DNA of 64,000 nucleotides from an uncultured delta proteobacterium (GTDB lineage: Bacteria; Desulfobacterota; RBG-13-43-22), in NCBI GenBank assembly GCA_963743305.1, contig CAVUPH010000018.1:58203-122202 (forward strand), read 5' to 3'. Position numbers and translations under genes: made by a program. Each line of letters starts with the position of its first letter. Positions within the stretch are counted from its first letter, which is position 1. The notes beneath the pieces were generated by a model that worked only from the letters and a program-made list of their open reading frames with translations, was not told where the DNA came from and did not search any database. Of this stretch, positions 59,967-64,000 are shown in pieces.

Positions 59967-60012
59967 TTGACAGCTTCGAAGCCCGAATTTATGATGTGAA
60001 TGAATATTCACA
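59967..60012 (+). promoter_or_regulatory. tetR promoter with overlapping palindromic operator
   Basis: TTGACA-17-TATGAT; TGTGAATGAATATTCACA at 59995-60012. Confidence 0.8.
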
Positions 60013-60019
60013 TTAAGCT

Positions 60020-60673
60020 ATGGTCACCGAAAAAATTCAAACGCAAATCCGAAAAGATCAGATTGTCCGGGCCGTCCTGGACCTGATTTCCCGGCACGGC
60101 CTGAAGGGGTTAAATGTGGCCGCCGTGGCCGCTGAAATCGGACTGGTCCCCTCGGCCTTGTATCGGCACTTCAAGGGAAAAGAGGAGATGGTGGATGCGG
60201 CCCTGGAGGTCATCCGCCGAAAACTCTTGGGCAATGTGGATGCCGTATGTAAAGAAACCGAGGACCCGCTGGAACGGCTCCGGTTGCTGCTGGGGCGCCA
60301 CCTGGAGATGATCCGGGACAACCAGGCCATCCCCCGGATCATCTTTTCCGAAGACGCCGGTTACCCGGACCGGAAAAAAAAGGTCTATCAGACCGTCAAA
60401 ACGTTCCTTTCCCGGGTGGAGGCCATTGTCCGGCGGGGGCAAAAAAGCGGACAGATCCGGGGAGAATATACCCCGGAAATGGTGGCGGTCCTGTTCCTGG
60501 GGCTGTTTCAACCCGCCGCCGTCCTATCGTATCTGAGCGGCGGCCGCTACGATGTGGAGCGGCATATCCGCCGGGCTTGGCCCATATTCCGGGAAGCCAT
60601 TCGGGCGGCCCAACCGCTCCCAGTCCGAAAAGAACGTCTGGTCAAAAATCAAAAAAAAGGGGAAACGGCATGA
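60020..60673 (+). CDS. TetR/AcrR family regulator
   Basis: RKDQIVRAVLDLISRHGLKGLNVAAVAAEIGLVPSALYRHFKGKEE. Confidence 0.93.
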   Translation: MVTEKIQTQIRKDQIVRAVLDLISRHGLKGLNVAAVAAEIGLVPSALYRHFKGKEEMVDAALEVIRRKLLGNVDAVCKETEDPLERLRLLLGRHLEMIRDNQAIPRIIFSEDAGYPDRKKKVYQTVKTFLSRVEAIVRRGQKSGQIRGEYTPEMVAVLFLGLFQPAAVLSYLSGGRYDVERHIRRAWPIFREAIRAAQPLPVRKERLVKNQKKGETA

Positions 60674-61347
60674 AAACCAGACGGTATTTTCTCCAAACGA
60701 CTATTTTATTGATGGCCTGTTGGGCGACGGTTCTGCTTCGGCCTGCGACGGGGGCCGCTCATTGCGACACCCTGGCCGGTCCGGTGGTCCAGGATGCCAA
60801 GGCCGCTCTGGAGAAAGGGGACGTCACCCCGGTGCTGAAGTGGGTCAAGCAGGACCAGGAGAAAGAGGTTCGGAATGCCTACCGCCGGGCACTGGCGGCC
60901 AAGACCAAAGCTCCGGCGGTAAAAGAAAAAGCCGAGATGCAATTTTTTGGAACCCTGGTCCGGATTCACCGGGCGGGGGAAGGCGCCCCTTATACCGGGC
61001 TCAAACCGGGTGAGGCTATTGAACCCATCGTCGCGGCCGCCGACCAATCACTGGAAACAGGAAAAGTGGAAGACCTGATTAAACAGGTAGGCGATGAAAC
61101 GGCTACCGGTATCCGCAAGCGGTTTGAACTGGTCGTGGAAAAGAAAAAACACGCCGAGGAGAGCGTCGCCGCCGGCCGGGAATACGTTGCCGCCTACGTT
61201 GATTTTACTCATTATGTTGAGGGGCTATATCAAAAGGCGGCGGGCGAAACCGGGAATCACCACCCGGCCGCCCATCTCGGAAAAAAGACAAAAAAGGGTA
61301 AGTCCGAAGGAGGTCAAACAGAGAGTCATTCGAACCATAAACATTGA
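60670..61347 (+). CDS. Exported DUF6448-like protein with His-rich tail
   Basis: Signal peptide then AHCDTLAGPVV, VLKWV, TLVRIHRAGEGAPYTGLKP, GREYVAAYVDFTHYVE. Confidence 0.75.
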   Translation: MKTRRYFLQTTILLMACWATVLLRPATGAAHCDTLAGPVVQDAKAALEKGDVTPVLKWVKQDQEKEVRNAYRRALAAKTKAPAVKEKAEMQFFGTLVRIHRAGEGAPYTGLKPGEAIEPIVAAADQSLETGKVEDLIKQVGDETATGIRKRFELVVEKKKHAEESVAAGREYVAAYVDFTHYVEGLYQKAAGETGNHHPAAHLGKKTKKGKSEGGQTESHSNHKH

Positions 61348-61595
61348 TGACGCTTCGCCTTTTTGGATGGGTACCCTGCATATTTGGTATGGCTGCCGAG
61401 ACCCGGCGGCCACCAATGCCCGATTTCAGACCAGGTTACCATTCTGTTGGCCACACGCCCAAGGGCGAACAACCACATTCCCCAGATCCTGGATCCCTTC
61501 GCTCCCCGAAAAGGATTCCTTGGGTTCGATGGTTGGCAAAAGAAAGAGCTGTTTAACGGAATTTTCCGAATAGGGAGATGGAGGGAGGAATACCA

Positions 61596-62717
61596 ATGGC
61601 CGGAGAAGTATTTCAAAACCGTTTGCACAAGTGCTGTCAACTCATGGAGACCGCTGGCCTGGAGGCCCTCCTGCTGACCAAGCCCTCCAACATGTTCTAT
61701 CTCACCGGAGATGGGCGGCTGTGCGCTTATTCCCTGGTCACCCGGGAAGGGAAGGTAGCCCTGGGAGTACCGCAGACGGATATTGAGGACGTCAAGCAGT
61801 TGGCCTTTTTCGATCATCTCAACGGCTTTGAAAACGAGGTGGGGATGATCCACTCCATCGCCCATCATTTCAAACATTTTGGGATTGACCAGGGAAAGGT
61901 GGGATTGGAATTCACCTTTCTGACCCAGTCCATGATGGGTATGTTGACCCACCCCCATGCCAAGCCCAAAGAGATTACCGTCAAGGATGCCACCCCCATT
62001 CTTTCCGAGTTGCGTTTGGTCAAGGAACCGGAGGAGATCGAAAGGATGCGGGAAGCGGGCCGGGTGGCCGCCGCGGGGATGAAGGCGGCCGTGGCGGCCG
62101 TGAAACCGGGATTGACGGAAAGCCAGATAGCCGCGGAAGCCGAATATGCCCTGCGCCAGGCCGGTGCCGAGGATTTTTGGAGGAGCTACGTTTCTTCCGG
62201 CCCAAGGACCAGTATTGCCCACGGCCTGCCCAGCTCTCGGAAACTTGAGACCGGGGATCTGGTCATGATCGACCTCCATCCCATCGTCAACAACTATAGC
62301 TCCGACCTTTGCCGGACCGTTTGCGTAGGAAAGCCGACCCTGGAACAACAGGCGGCCTACGACCTGTATGTCAAGGCCCAGCAGGCCGCTATCACCAAGG
62401 CCAAGGCCGGGGTAGAGATGGTCGATCTGGAAGAAACCATGCACGGAATTTTTAAAGAGGCCGGGCATGGCGCTCATATTTTTGGACCTCCCATCCATGG
62501 CATCGGCATAAACTTTGAAGAATCGCCCCTTCCGCCCGGGCATGCCTTTTTTCACGGTGAAAAAGCCCCCCCTCCTTTGCCGACCAATGTAGTCATCGCC
62601 GTTGGAAATTGTGGATTGTACACCGGTCCCTGGGGAGTCCGAGTGGAGGATACCGTAGCGGTTGGCGCGGACGGCCCATCCGGGATGACTGATTTCCCTT
62701 ACTCCCTGACCATTTAA
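61596..62717 (+). CDS. M24 (Xaa-Pro peptidase/creatinase-like) protein
   Basis: LRLVKEPEEI, MIDL, YSSDLCRT, HGIG, GVRVEDTV. Confidence 0.85.
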   Translation: MAGEVFQNRLHKCCQLMETAGLEALLLTKPSNMFYLTGDGRLCAYSLVTREGKVALGVPQTDIEDVKQLAFFDHLNGFENEVGMIHSIAHHFKHFGIDQGKVGLEFTFLTQSMMGMLTHPHAKPKEITVKDATPILSELRLVKEPEEIERMREAGRVAAAGMKAAVAAVKPGLTESQIAAEAEYALRQAGAEDFWRSYVSSGPRTSIAHGLPSSRKLETGDLVMIDLHPIVNNYSSDLCRTVCVGKPTLEQQAAYDLYVKAQQAAITKAKAGVEMVDLEETMHGIFKEAGHGAHIFGPPIHGIGINFEESPLPPGHAFFHGEKAPPPLPTNVVIAVGNCGLYTGPWGVRVEDTVAVGADGPSGMTDFPYSLTI

Positions 62718-62734
62718 CAAGGAAAGGAATCGCC

Positions 62735-62929
62735 ATGAGCCGCAGGGTGACCATCAACGAAGAAGAGTGTATCGGCTGTGGGACTTGTTCGGAGCTTTGC
62801 CCGGAAGTCTTTCAAATGAATGAAGAAAAAGAAAAGGCCGAAGTGATCAAACCGGAAGGCGGGCCCTTCGATTGCATTACCGAAGCCATAGAGAGTTGTC
62901 CGGTTTCTTGTATCCACTGGGAGGAATAA
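62735..62929 (+). CDS. Monocluster ferredoxin
   Basis: CIGCGTCSELCPEVF...CPVSCI. Confidence 0.93.
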   Translation: MSRRVTINEEECIGCGTCSELCPEVFQMNEEKEKAEVIKPEGGPFDCITEAIESCPVSCIHWEE

Positions 62930-62945
62930 AAAGGAGGTAGAGGTC

Positions 62946-63242
62946 ATGTTTGCGGTTATTATTAATTTTCCGGCTATAAAAGAAGGTCAGGATGCAGCGT
63001 TTCGGGAGTGGTTTGAGTGGTCCAATAAAGAGTTTGCCAATCATAAAGGCTTTATCCAACGGCTGCTTCTAAAGCCTGTGCAGGGCGGAGGGAACTATGT
63101 GGCCATAGTAGAGCACGAGAGCCGTGAAACTTTCATGGCCATGCATACCAGCCCTGCCCATGAAGAAGCCGGTAGGCGTGTGGCCTCGTTATTGGACGGC
63201 CACCCGACCCCTCAGTTTTATGAGGTTGTTATCGGAGGCTAG
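62946..63242 (+). CDS. Antibiotic-biosynthesis-monooxygenase (ABM) family protein
   Basis: 98 aa, KGFIQRLLL...YVAIVEHESRETFMAMHTSPAH; strong RBS. Confidence 0.75.
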   Translation: MFAVIINFPAIKEGQDAAFREWFEWSNKEFANHKGFIQRLLLKPVQGGGNYVAIVEHESRETFMAMHTSPAHEEAGRRVASLLDGHPTPQFYEVVIGG

Positions 63243-63383
63243 GCCCGGGATTCCAAATGATGGTGAACTATTGCTCTTTGAAAGAAACCGAATTAGATTT
63301 TTCGCGGTGGGGAAATAGTTGACCTCACGGAAATAAGTGAAATTTCCTGTTCGATTCCCAAATGCTTTTAAGGAGGTTATCCC

Positions 63384-63950
63384 ATGTTACCTATAGGTCC
63401 CCTGATGATTGAACATCGGCTGATCGAAAAAATGATCGCGGTGATTAAAAAAGAAATCGACCGAGGTGAACAGGAAAAAACAATAAATCCTGAATTCATC
63501 GATTTGGCTGTTGACTTCATCCGAATATATGCCGACCGGTGCCACCACGGAAAAGAAGAAGACATCCTCTTCCGGGAATTAAACAAAAAGCCTTTATCCA
63601 GTGAACAAAAACAAATCATGGAAGAATTGATTGAAGAACATCGGCAGGGGCGAATGACCGTGGCTGATCTGGTGGAAGCCAAAGGCCGATACCTGAGAGG
63701 GGATCCGGAAGCCTTGCCTTTTATGCTAAATCGGATGCAATTTCTTGTTGACTTCTATCCTAAACATATTGAAAAGGAAGACCGCCATTTCTTCCTGCCT
63801 ATCATGAATTACTTCAGCCAGGCCGAAAAAGAGGTCATGCTGGCGGAAGAATATGAATTTGACAAAACTCTGATCCATCTAATATACACGGAAAAAATCC
63901 ATCAGGCGGAAAAGACAGAGACCTCGGGTAAAACCGTACTTGTTTTATAA
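63384..63950 (+). CDS. Hemerythrin (HHE) domain protein
   Basis: EHRLI, CHHGKEEDILF, EH, HIEKED. Confidence 0.9.
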   Translation: MLPIGPLMIEHRLIEKMIAVIKKEIDRGEQEKTINPEFIDLAVDFIRIYADRCHHGKEEDILFRELNKKPLSSEQKQIMEELIEEHRQGRMTVADLVEAKGRYLRGDPEALPFMLNRMQFLVDFYPKHIEKEDRHFFLPIMNYFSQAEKEVMLAEEYEFDKTLIHLIYTEKIHQAEKTETSGKTVLVL

Positions 63951-64000
63951 CAGCAAGAATCATCTAAGCCAAGGAAAGGAATATTTAGTGCCGGCGGAGC

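Noticed and set aside
59995-60012. CRP/FNR binding site
   Set aside because: Spacing is TGTGA-N8-TCACA rather than N6, and its position over the tetR promoter fits an autoregulatory operator better.
61344-61556. 70-aa ORF between the DUF6448-like and M24 genes
   Set aside because: No recognisable motif or RBS; not supportable as a gene.

Overview
Chromosomal window from an anaerobic, GC-rich bacterium; gene content and repeat style suggest Desulfobacterota/Syntrophales-like, which is inference only. Recognisable metabolic genes include an ABC-F ATPase, acetoacetate-CoA ligase, nadE, glpK, xsc, metF, a glucosylglycerate operon and an acyl-CoA dehydrogenase. Three accessory blocks stand out. 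(1) A lower-GC island at ~18.7-25.1 kb looks like a decayed integron cassette array with no integrase in the window. It has two attC sites, one split exactly by a 774-nt ORF-deleted class IIC group II intron, plus a type II restriction-modification pair, a RAYT transposase and a dead BrnT/BrnA-like module. (2) A sigma-54-driven ~14-kb catabolic operon at 39.0-53.1 kb encodes phenylphosphate-synthase-like A/B subunits without a UbiD carboxylase. It also carries an SDR, a duplicated barrel protein, a membrane Fe-S oxidoreductase, EtfAB, a phytoene-desaturase-family flavoprotein, a Mo aldehyde oxidoreductase and a DUF89 phosphatase. This is the best candidate for an undescribed pathway. (3) A hipBA-like / ion-transport / TetR block carries a duplicated promoter-operator. 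Intergenic DNA holds several modular palindromic repeat families. Several genes have single-base frameshifts that may be assembly errors. No tRNA, rRNA or CRISPR array was recognised. All family calls come from motif recognition by eye, not database searches.
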